DNA of 64,000 nucleotides from a bacterium. GTDB taxonomy: Bacteria; Electryoneota; Electryoneia; Electryoneales; Electryoneaceae. The stretch covers positions 3,712,001 to 3,776,000 of the forward strand of contig CAXXKJ010000002.1 in the NCBI GenBank assembly GCA_963675295.2. The letters run 5' to 3'. The notes under the pieces are model-generated. The model made no database searches. It was not told where the DNA came from and saw only the letters and a program-made list of their open reading frames with translations. Shown here one piece after another: positions 8,271-16,995 of this stretch (positions are counted from its first letter, which is position 1; each line of letters begins with the position of its first letter). Made by a program: the position numbers and the translations under genes.

Positions 8271-10796
8271 ATGCGTGCCCGCAGTTGGTCAACCATCGTT
8301 TTTTGTGTTTTCTTCTTTTTTCTGAACTTCGCTACTGCAAACGCAGATCAAAGCCTTAGGATTGAGCAGCTTTCAACTTTTGCGAGCACGTGGGGTACAA
8401 CCAATGACGTCGTCATTGAGGGTAACTATGCCTTTTTTGCCGACGAGGATTCTGGTCTGAAAATTGTCGATGTCAGTAGTCCAAATGTGCCAGTTGAAAC
8501 AGGCTGTTTTTCTTGGCCGTCTGGTTTTGTGACAATATCAGTCTCCAATGACATGGTATTTCTTGGCGGAAACGACGGGATGCTTATTGTTGATGTTAGC
8601 GATCCATCTTCGCCCTCGTTCGTCAACTATTTAGAACTATACCAAACAAATTGTCTTTACGCAATTGACAATACTGTCTACTTAGGATACGGTGGTGGGT
8701 TAATGATAATAGATGTTTCTAATCCATATTTTCCGCAACTTCTTGGATCTCTATACGTATACAATCCCTATGGATTGGAAGTTGTTGATGGGTATGCATA
8801 CATTGCCGCTTATTCACACGGATTAGTCATAATTGATGTTTCTGATCCAACAACTCCAACACTGGTTACAGAATATCCAACAGGGTCTGCCGCATATATG
8901 TTGGATATTGAGGGTCAGTACGCTTATATAGCCGATTTAACTAGATTAACGGTAATTGATATTTCCGATCCGCTCTCGCCACAACTATCAGGTATTTGTA
9001 ATCTACCAAATGCAGTTTGGGATGTGGAAGTAGCAAATGAAACTGCTTTCTTGACAAGTATAAATGGCTTTTATTACGCGGTTTCTGTTACTCAGCCCAA
9101 CCTCCCAATCCTGGCTGGAACATTTGAATTTTCGGAACCTGCTTTGTCTAGCTTTCTCATGGGTGATGTAAGTATAGTTGCATTGAGTGCAGCTAGATTT
9201 TCGATAGTTGATATTTCAGACCCAGCTTCTATGTCTGAATCATATCGGCATATATCGCCTACTCATAGCATTGACATTGACATATCAGGAGATTATGTTT
9301 ATATATCAGATGAAGACGGTGTAATATGCTACGATATATCTAATTTACCAGTTCAATATGTTTGTGACATTCCTTCTGAACGCTCTACTGAGGTATCAAT
9401 CGCTGAAGGAGACTATCTTTATACTTTTGTAGACAGAGAAGGTGTTTATATTTACGACATAGCCGATCCTTATTCATATCAATTAGTAAATTCTTTTCAA
9501 ATCTTAGACGACTATTATAGAGCATATGATATGACCATACATGATAACAAATTTGTAGTATCCACACGAGATAGCCTTTACTTGTATTTACATAATAGTC
9601 CTGAATCAATTATATTACAAAGTACAATTGATATTAATGGGCAATTATTAATCCAAGATAACTTACTCTATGTTTCATCCTCAGGTACAGGCCTTCTTAT
9701 ATATGATATTTCTGATTTAACAAATCCAATAGAGATCGGTAGTTATCTACTTCCGTTTACTAATTGGGAACTACCTTTTGAGGTAGTTGGAAACACTGGA
9801 TATATTTATTCTGGTCATACAACAGTGTATACTCTCGATCTAACAGACTTATCTACACCAATACTCGTTGGGAGTTTTGAACTGATAAGTCTACCTTTAT
9901 CTTTACAATATTCTGATGGTTATCTATTTGTATCTGAATACGATAATACATTAGAAATATTTAATACATTAGACCTGTTAAATATAGAACAAACAGGGTA
10001 TTACAGATATGAAAATGAAAACATCCATGGATTGCCAAGAGGTTCTTTTGAGATTGTAAACGATATGGTTTTTTATAACACTGGTGAAAGTACACACATC
10101 TATTCTTGTTCAGCCGCTATAGAACCACTGCCGTTGCTTGAACTTGAATTGACGGCTGTTGACCCTTTATACGTACAACAAGGCGGAGAATTCTCCTACG
10201 ACGCCCTGCTCCGTGTAAATCTACCTTCACCAAATACAATAGATATATGGACAGAAGCTGTTCTTTCTAACGGGAATCGTGTTGGTCCAATTGATGTACC
10301 CAGGACATATATGTGGCAAGATGTACCAAGTTACGCCCCTTTAACTGATTACATATATGTGATGAAAACTGGAATCTATCCGAATACGACCGTAGCGATG
10401 GATTCATTCCCGTTTTCGGTATTACCTGGTAGTACAAGGACGTCTCCATTGTTAATGTGGAGTGCATCAAACTACGAAATATCTTTTTATGATGCTTTAG
10501 AAGGAAATAATATAGCATCTTCAGTTCCCAATGTCTACCGGCTTGAATCTGTATACCCGAACCCATTCAACGCGATGACGACGGTGCGTGTCGCGCTGCC
10601 GGAAACGGTGGAGCTGAGCGTGGTGGTGTACAACGTGACCGGCCAGCGTGTCGCGACTCTTGCAGCTGGATCGTATGACGCTGGCACGCACGCGCTGACT
10701 TTCGATGCGTCGAATCTAGCTTCGGGCTTGTACTTCGTCCGGGCCACGGTGCCGGGTCAGCTGGAGCAGACTCAGAAAGTGATGCTGATCCAGTAG
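8271..10796 (+). CDS. Secreted LVIVD-repeat (beta-propeller) protein with shared module and T9SS-A-like tail
   Basis: Many GL.I.DVS.P repeats; signal peptide from ATG 8271 (ORF opens at 8178); tail YPNPFN...KVMLIQ; AT-rich body. Confidence 0.88.
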   Translation: MRARSWSTIVFCVFFFFLNFATANADQSLRIEQLSTFASTWGTTNDVVIEGNYAFFADEDSGLKIVDVSSPNVPVETGCFSWPSGFVTISVSNDMVFLGGNDGMLIVDVSDPSSPSFVNYLELYQTNCLYAIDNTVYLGYGGGLMIIDVSNPYFPQLLGSLYVYNPYGLEVVDGYAYIAAYSHGLVIIDVSDPTTPTLVTEYPTGSAAYMLDIEGQYAYIADLTRLTVIDISDPLSPQLSGICNLPNAVWDVEVANETAFLTSINGFYYAVSVTQPNLPILAGTFEFSEPALSSFLMGDVSIVALSAARFSIVDISDPASMSESYRHISPTHSIDIDISGDYVYISDEDGVICYDISNLPVQYVCDIPSERSTEVSIAEGDYLYTFVDREGVYIYDIADPYSYQLVNSFQILDDYYRAYDMTIHDNKFVVSTRDSLYLYLHNSPESIILQSTIDINGQLLIQDNLLYVSSSGTGLLIYDISDLTNPIEIGSYLLPFTNWELPFEVVGNTGYIYSGHTTVYTLDLTDLSTPILVGSFELISLPLSLQYSDGYLFVSEYDNTLEIFNTLDLLNIEQTGYYRYENENIHGLPRGSFEIVNDMVFYNTGESTHIYSCSAAIEPLPLLELELTAVDPLYVQQGGEFSYDALLRVNLPSPNTIDIWTEAVLSNGNRVGPIDVPRTYMWQDVPSYAPLTDYIYVMKTGIYPNTTVAMDSFPFSVLPGSTRTSPLLMWSASNYEISFYDALEGNNIASSVPNVYRLESVYPNPFNAMTTVRVALPETVELSVVVYNVTGQRVATLAAGSYDAGTHALTFDASNLASGLYFVRATVPGQLEQTQKVMLIQ
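10551..10756 (+). repeat. 206-bp direct repeat, copy 2 (secretion-tail coding sequence)
   Basis: About 90% identical to 7783-7988; abrupt switch from AT-rich to GC-rich sequence at its 5' edge. Confidence 0.9.
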
Positions 10797-10846
10797 TTCA
10801 ATTTACCGCAGCAGAAGTGAGCGCTTTTCCCTCACGCACGTTTTCA

Positions 10847-10883
10847 CCCGCTATCTTGCTATCGAGGTAGCGGGGTTGTTTTT
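10847..10883 (+). terminator. Probable intrinsic terminator
   Basis: cccgctatctt...gaggtagcggg stem followed by gttgttttt. Confidence 0.55.
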
Positions 10884-10916
10884 CCCGCCTGAAAAGGGTG
10901 TCCGAGGGGTCCGATC

Positions 10917-12122
10917 ATGCGCGGAATGGCGGCAGGCTGTATGCTTTTGTTATTGCTTATGGTGACGGTGTTGCCGGTAGCTGCGGAAAACGTGGTACTT
11001 GTCATCATTGACGGCGCGCGCTATTCGGAAACCTTCGGCGATCCTACTCGGGCGCACATCCCTGAGATGGAAGAGCTCGCGGAACGGGGTGCAATTGTCG
11101 ACGAGTTCTACAACGACGAATACACGTACACTTCCCGCGCGGTCCCGGCGTTGTGGTGCGGCGACTGGACGGAAGTCCGTGACACAACGTACCAGAGCCA
11201 GAACACGCAGTACACGTTGAGCCCATCGATCTTCGAATACTTCCGGCACGATACAAACGCCCCGGCGGACGAATGTTATTACGTCCTGAAGTACCTCAGT
11301 TCGCTGTGGTTGCCAAGCTTTCACCCGGAGTACGGGCCGGACTACTGGCCGACGTTCTATTCGGAAGGATCGACGGACCTTGACGTACTCGACAACGCGA
11401 TCGATGTGCTGCACGACGAACAACCGCAGCTGATGCTGGTGTATTTCGCGGATGTCGACCATGCCGGCCATTCCGGTGTCTGGGACGATTACATCTCCGC
11501 AATTGAAACGGCGGATTATTGTGTCAGCCAGTTGTGGTCCGCGATCCAGGCCGACGATCATTACCGCGATGACACGGTGCTGATGGTGACCAACGACCAC
11601 GGCCGCCATGACGATCAACACGGTGGTTTCAGCGGGCACGGAGACGGCTGCGACGGTTGCCGTCACATCATGATGCTCGCCATCGGTCCGGGGATCGGCG
11701 AAGAACTGGTCACGACGCAGTATCGGACCATTCCCGATTTCGCGGTGACGGCTTGCGCCATCCTTGACATTGATCCAGCCTACGCCGGCGGCGAAGTGAT
11801 GGACGAACTGTTCGTGCAAAACAGCGCCGGAGAATCTGATCCCTCCCCCCTGCCGGACCAAACGGACCTGCTGTCGGTGTACCCGAACCCGTTCAACGCC
11901 GGCACCCGGATTTCGGTGACGATGAACCAGCCGGGTCACCTGCGGCTCGAAGTTTGTAACCTGCAGGGCGAAGTCATCACGACGGTATCGGATGGCTACA
12001 CCTCCGCAGGTAATCAAGCCTTTGCGTTCAACACGGGGAACCTGGCCTCCGGGCTGTATTTTGTTCGGGCGACGGTTCCCGGTCAGCTCCATGAGGTGCG
12101 GAAGCTGATGCTGATTCGTTAA
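10917..12122 (+). CDS. Secreted alkaline-phosphatase/metalloenzyme-superfamily protein with T9SS-A-like tail
   Basis: NVVLVIIDG, DVDHAGH, VTNDHG metal-ligand motifs; tail YPNPFN...KLMLIR. Confidence 0.85.
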   Translation: MRGMAAGCMLLLLLMVTVLPVAAENVVLVIIDGARYSETFGDPTRAHIPEMEELAERGAIVDEFYNDEYTYTSRAVPALWCGDWTEVRDTTYQSQNTQYTLSPSIFEYFRHDTNAPADECYYVLKYLSSLWLPSFHPEYGPDYWPTFYSEGSTDLDVLDNAIDVLHDEQPQLMLVYFADVDHAGHSGVWDDYISAIETADYCVSQLWSAIQADDHYRDDTVLMVTNDHGRHDDQHGGFSGHGDGCDGCRHIMMLAIGPGIGEELVTTQYRTIPDFAVTACAILDIDPAYAGGEVMDELFVQNSAGESDPSPLPDQTDLLSVYPNPFNAGTRISVTMNQPGHLRLEVCNLQGEVITTVSDGYTSAGNQAFAFNTGNLASGLYFVRATVPGQLHEVRKLMLIR

Positions 12123-12247
12123 CTTGTGCCCAGTTACTTGTGACCTGCCCCCCACCATCAGGCATTCCTGGATTCGCTTGTCCGGGTATGTCCTGCCTTC
12201 ATGCTTGACCGTACACACGAATACAACGAGTCAACGTGACCAGGGGG

Positions 12248-12598
12248 ATGAAGATGAAGCGTGTAGCGATTGTCGGTTGTGGCAACTACATGGAGCAGTG
12301 TTACGCCTGCCCCGGCGACTGGAAGTGCCTCAAGGCGGCGGCGACCGGGGACGGTTTCTTTGAGGAAGAGGTGCAGGTGATCGCGTTTGTCCGTTGCGAG
12401 TGTTCCGGGCGGACGGTTGGCCCGAACACGGCGTTCGCATTGAAACTGGCGGACATCAAACCGGACGCGATTTACATGAGCACCTGCATGGCGGTGGCCA
12501 AGCCGGATTGCCCGTACCACACCCCGCTTGAGTTCGCGCAGATGATCGAGGACAAGACGGGCGTGGAAGTTGTCCTTGGCACGCACGAGTATTTTTAA
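12248..12598 (+). CDS. CGGC-domain-like Cys-rich metal-binding protein
   Basis: VAIVGC...CYACPG..KC...AATGDGFF...RCECSG...DAIYMSTC...CP...VVLGTH, the characteristic CGGC-family layout. Confidence 0.75.
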   Translation: MKMKRVAIVGCGNYMEQCYACPGDWKCLKAAATGDGFFEEEVQVIAFVRCECSGRTVGPNTAFALKLADIKPDAIYMSTCMAVAKPDCPYHTPLEFAQMIEDKTGVEVVLGTHEYF

Positions 12599-12788
12599 TT
12601 CCGGTGCATTCCTGTACCCTCTGGAGAGACAGAGACATTGCTGCAATCGAATCAGAGCAATTCAGGCCGCGACAGTTCGTCGCGGCTTTCGATTTCTTAT
12701 ACTGTTGCTCTGCAACGCTTAACCATTCTTCTCGCTCTGGGGTGAACGAGGGTTGCGTTGATTGGCAACAGCTGATTGGGGTGCAAAC

Positions 12789-14585
12789 GTGAAACGCTAC
12801 GTCCTTCCTTTGATCCTGCTTTTCCTGCCACTGGTCGTATTCGCACAACCGCAAGTTTGGGAGATGTCGACGATTACGTCCTCGCTTACCAGCGCGCTGT
12901 CCGTGACGGCTTCGGATATTGACGGTGACGGCGACAACGATGTGATCGCCGCCAGCTACAGTGGTGGACAGATCTGGTACTATGAGTATGTCGATGATGA
13001 CGACTGGGACGCTCATCTCGTCGCCAGCGACATCAGTCACCCGATTTCGGTCGCGGCTGGTGACCTGGACAACGATGGCGACAAGGACATCGCTTGCATC
13101 TCGCTGCTTAATGGCAGCGCATACTGGTTTGAATATGATGTGTTCGGTTGGACGACGCACACGTTAGCGACCAGTTTCCCCGGCGGTCACCGGTTGCAGA
13201 TCTGCGACCTGAACGACGATGGGTATGGTGAAATCATCGCGTCGTCCGATGAAGAGGGATTCGTCATCTTCGAAAACGACATGGACGGAACCTTCACCCG
13301 CCTGACCCTTTCGGCAAGCGCTGGCACACCCTACGGCATCGACTACGGTGACATTGATTACGACGGCGACCTCGACATCGTCGGCTGCGACTATTCCTCC
13401 GATGCCATCTTCTGGTGGGAAAATACCGGTTCCAGCTGGTCAGCGCACAGCATCGCGACCAACGTTGACAGCCCGTTGGATATTTCTTTCGGCGACATGG
13501 ATGGCGACTTTGATGGTGACGTTTGCGTCTGTTTTGACACGAACAACAAAATCGCGTGGTTCGAGAACAACGGTGGCACCAACTGGACACAGCATGTCAT
13601 CACCAGCGACTTCCTTGACGCCAGCGACGTGATCGCCTGTGACCTCGACAACGACAGCGACATGGACATCGTGTCCTGTTCCTACCTGGGCGGGACGGTC
13701 GCTTTCTGGGAAAACGACAGCGGCGATTTCGTGCAAAACGTGATCGATGACGACTACTCGAACGCGTGGAGCATCGCCGTCGGCGATCTCGATCAGGACA
13801 ATGATCTGGACATCATCAGCTCGTCCTACTGGTCGGGACGGATCAACTGGTGGGCGCAGCCGGGTCTTGGGTTCCCGGTCACGCTTAGCCTGCGAACCTT
13901 CGAATGGCCGATCGTGATTCCGGCCAATGGTGGATCGTTCCTCTACGCCTTCCACCTCACCAACGCGACCGGGATGACGTTCGACAACGCCCATTTCTGG
14001 AACGCGGCGATCATGCCGGACGGTACCGAAATCGGTCCGCTCAACGTCCGCAATGGAACCATTTATCCGTACATGGACGTTGAGGTCTGGAACCTTCAGC
14101 AGATGGTTCCGGCGTCCGCACCGACGGGTGAGTACACCTACATCGCCCGGCTCGGCTATTTCCAGATTTACGCCGAAGGCAATTTCCGCATCACCAAACT
14201 GCCACCGCAGAACCCCGCAGATGCCGTCACCGAAAACCCATCCTGGGAAGACTGGACTCTCGCACCGGTCACACTGGAAGGATTCGAACAGGGCACAGCT
14301 GCAGCGGCAGGATTGCCCGGCTCGTTCAAGCTGCTTCCGGTGACACCGAATCCGTTCAACGCGGCAACCACGGTACGTGTCGAACTTAGCCAGCCCGGCG
14401 AGCTGGAGTTGAACGTGTTCAACGTCAACGGTCAGTTAGTGACGACGCTTGCAGAGGGTTCCTTCACGGCGGGGTTGCATCCGTTCAGCTTCGACGCCAC
14501 GGCCCTCGCCTCGGGCGTTTATTTCATGCACGCATCCGTTGCCGGTCATGGCTCGCAGGTGCAGAAGGTGATGCTTCTCAGGTAA
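12789..14585 (+). CDS. Secreted FG-GAP/VCBS-repeat protein with shared module and T9SS-A-like tail
   Basis: Seven D(I/L/M)DxDGD.D-type Ca-binding repeats with W(F/W)EN; GTG start at 12789; tail PNPFN...KVMLLR. Confidence 0.9.
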   Translation: MKRYVLPLILLFLPLVVFAQPQVWEMSTITSSLTSALSVTASDIDGDGDNDVIAASYSGGQIWYYEYVDDDDWDAHLVASDISHPISVAAGDLDNDGDKDIACISLLNGSAYWFEYDVFGWTTHTLATSFPGGHRLQICDLNDDGYGEIIASSDEEGFVIFENDMDGTFTRLTLSASAGTPYGIDYGDIDYDGDLDIVGCDYSSDAIFWWENTGSSWSAHSIATNVDSPLDISFGDMDGDFDGDVCVCFDTNNKIAWFENNGGTNWTQHVITSDFLDASDVIACDLDNDSDMDIVSCSYLGGTVAFWENDSGDFVQNVIDDDYSNAWSIAVGDLDQDNDLDIISSSYWSGRINWWAQPGLGFPVTLSLRTFEWPIVIPANGGSFLYAFHLTNATGMTFDNAHFWNAAIMPDGTEIGPLNVRNGTIYPYMDVEVWNLQQMVPASAPTGEYTYIARLGYFQIYAEGNFRITKLPPQNPADAVTENPSWEDWTLAPVTLEGFEQGTAAAAGLPGSFKLLPVTPNPFNAATTVRVELSQPGELELNVFNVNGQLVTTLAEGSFTAGLHPFSFDATALASGVYFMHASVAGHGSQVQKVMLLR

Positions 14586-14610
14586 CGAGTTTATGCAATC
14601 TGATTGTAAC

Positions 14611-14637
14611 ATGCCTCTCATTCGAGGGGCATTTTTT
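14611..14637 (+). terminator. Intrinsic terminator
   Basis: atgcctctc-attc-gaggggcat followed by a T run. Confidence 0.75.
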
Positions 14638-14739
14638 ATGTTTATTTGCATAGTTACCTGATCTGAACCCGTTCATTTTGTATGATGTATTTCTGCGATT
14701 GCCGGTTCACTGGGACGTTGAAACCTGGGGGAGGAGTTC

Positions 14740-16689
14740 ATGAACCGCTACCTGTCCACTCTGTCGACTCGCTTGATCCTGACTTTTCTGGCCTGCGTTA
14801 CCGTTGCCCTGCTGCTGCAACCGAACACGGCCTCCGCGCAGTATGACCGTTACGATCTGCACATTCCGATGCCCGACACCACGTGGCTCGCGGCGGATCT
14901 GTACACGCCGGATTCAACGAACGCGATGCCGGTGATTTTCATCCAGACTCCATACAACAAGAACAAGTACCGTCTGCGCGGCATGCCGCTGGACACGGAC
15001 GACTACGCGTGGGTGGTGATGGACTGGCGCGGCTTCTACGGGTCGTCCCAGGCCGATAACGGGCTGCCGTTTTACGGGCGGGACGGAGCGGATGCGATTC
15101 AATGGATTGCCGATCAGCCGTGGTGCAACGGCAAGATCGCGACTTACGGTGGGTCCGCCCTCGGCCAGATCCAGTATCTCACCGCCCAGTATCACCCCAA
15201 GGGATTAGTCTGTTCTGTACCGGTGAATCATGCGCTGCAGATTCGTTACCTGAAATACTACCATGCCGGCGTGAAACGAGTAGAATACATCGAAGCCCTC
15301 GGTGGCTGGAACCCGGTTGACATGCTGGTGAACCAGTTCCCGATCTATAACTGGTTCTGGAACTGGATGGAAGATTTTTCCGATTATTCCGCGGAGATCT
15401 ACACGCCCTTCCTGGTGATTACCGGCTGGTGGGACATGAACCCCGACGAGGCCCTGATCACCTACCAGAAACTGATCGAGAACTCCGTCGAGAGCGTCCG
15501 TGATGACCACCGCCTGATGGTGGGTCCGTGGACACACTCCACGGTCGGGGGCCTGTACCAGGGCGATTGGACCTTCCCGACCGCCGTTGGTGCTGGTGAC
15601 CAGGCCGCGCTGGCCTTCATCAATCACTGGATGCTCGGCGCGCAGTGGGGCTCGCAGGGACTGCACAACGTCAGCTACTTCGACCTCGGCACCGACGATT
15701 TCAAGTTTGTCGAAACCTGGCCTCCCACCGAAGTGGAACAGTTCGAGTTGTACCTCAACGATCAGTCCCTGACCACCGATCCGCCAACCACGCCGAACGG
15801 ATCGCAGGGTTTTGAGTACGATCCCCGCCACCCGGTGTACACCCTCGGCGGACGAACCTTTCACCGCCTGGTGGACTCCGGACCGGTTGACTTGAATTCG
15901 CTCGATTCGCGGGACGACGTGCTGCTGTACGAAACACCACCGCTGACGGAACCGCTGGAAGTGACCGGCTACATCCGCGCCAACATCTTCATGTCCAGTG
16001 ACCGTCTCGACACCGACGTCACTGTCTGGCTCGCCGATGTCTTCCCCAACGGACGCGCGCGACTCATTACCGATGGCATCCGCCGTGTCCGCTTCAGGGA
16101 CAGTCTCAGCAACCCGCAACTCGGTGAACCGGGTGAAATCTATGAACTGCGCATTCCGATGCAGAATATGGCGGTTACCTTCCTGCCCGGGCACAAAATT
16201 CGGCTCTATGTAAGCGGATCCAACTGGCCGCGCTTCGACCGGAACCTGAACAACGGCGGTGAGCAGTATGTACCCGGCGACACGCTGATCGCATCGACCA
16301 CGATCTACCAGAACGCGGACAACCCGTCCTCGCTGATCTTCTCGGTTCCGGCGCCACGCCGGCCAAGCACTATCACCAGCGAAACAGGATTCGCTGCCGC
16401 AGATCAGGGTGCAACGGTTACGGAAGCGTCCGCCGCGATGAGCGTCCACCCGAACCCGTTCAATTCTGCCACATCCGTTCGCATCGACCTGTCACAAGCG
16501 AGCGATCTGCGCGTGGACGTGTACAACGTGACCGGCCGTCTGGTCGCCACCCTGGCGCAGGGGACGTACACTGCCGGCGCGCACACGTTCACCCTGGACG
16601 GTTCGGCATTGGCCAGCGGAGTGTATTTTGTCCGTGCCAACCTGCCGCATCAGCCAGCGCAAACACAAAAAATCCTGCTGCTGCGGTAA
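14740..16689 (+). CDS. CocE/NonD-family (peptidase S15-like) hydrolase with T9SS-A-like tail, paralog 1
   Basis: LAADLY.P, QTPY, DWRG, WCNGK, YGGSALG, GWWD, GPWTH, SNWPRFDRNLN; GGAGGAG RBS. Confidence 0.9.
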   Translation: MNRYLSTLSTRLILTFLACVTVALLLQPNTASAQYDRYDLHIPMPDTTWLAADLYTPDSTNAMPVIFIQTPYNKNKYRLRGMPLDTDDYAWVVMDWRGFYGSSQADNGLPFYGRDGADAIQWIADQPWCNGKIATYGGSALGQIQYLTAQYHPKGLVCSVPVNHALQIRYLKYYHAGVKRVEYIEALGGWNPVDMLVNQFPIYNWFWNWMEDFSDYSAEIYTPFLVITGWWDMNPDEALITYQKLIENSVESVRDDHRLMVGPWTHSTVGGLYQGDWTFPTAVGAGDQAALAFINHWMLGAQWGSQGLHNVSYFDLGTDDFKFVETWPPTEVEQFELYLNDQSLTTDPPTTPNGSQGFEYDPRHPVYTLGGRTFHRLVDSGPVDLNSLDSRDDVLLYETPPLTEPLEVTGYIRANIFMSSDRLDTDVTVWLADVFPNGRARLITDGIRRVRFRDSLSNPQLGEPGEIYELRIPMQNMAVTFLPGHKIRLYVSGSNWPRFDRNLNNGGEQYVPGDTLIASTTIYQNADNPSSLIFSVPAPRRPSTITSETGFAAADQGATVTEASAAMSVHPNPFNSATSVRIDLSQASDLRVDVYNVTGRLVATLAQGTYTAGAHTFTLDGSALASGVYFVRANLPHQPAQTQKILLLR

Positions 16690-16995
16690 TACGTCGTTCA
16701 ACTTGACCTGCCTGCGGCCTTTCTGACCGTGGTTGGATTCACGGAATCTGAAAGGCCGTATTTACTCTTTGGTTACGCGAACTCATCCCATTTTCTCAAG
16801 GCTGACTTGGGCTGCAGCCAAAGAGAGAATTGTTCGGTTTCCCTAAGTACTATTTTCATACAATCTTTCTGTTTTTTACGGAATCAATCAAAATTCGTCT
16901 TTTCCCGCTGTTGTCCTCGGGTTCGCTAAGTCCGCAATCAGTTTTTCCGGGTATTCATTGTTAGTTCAAGTTGTAGCTTTCTTTCGGAGCAATCC

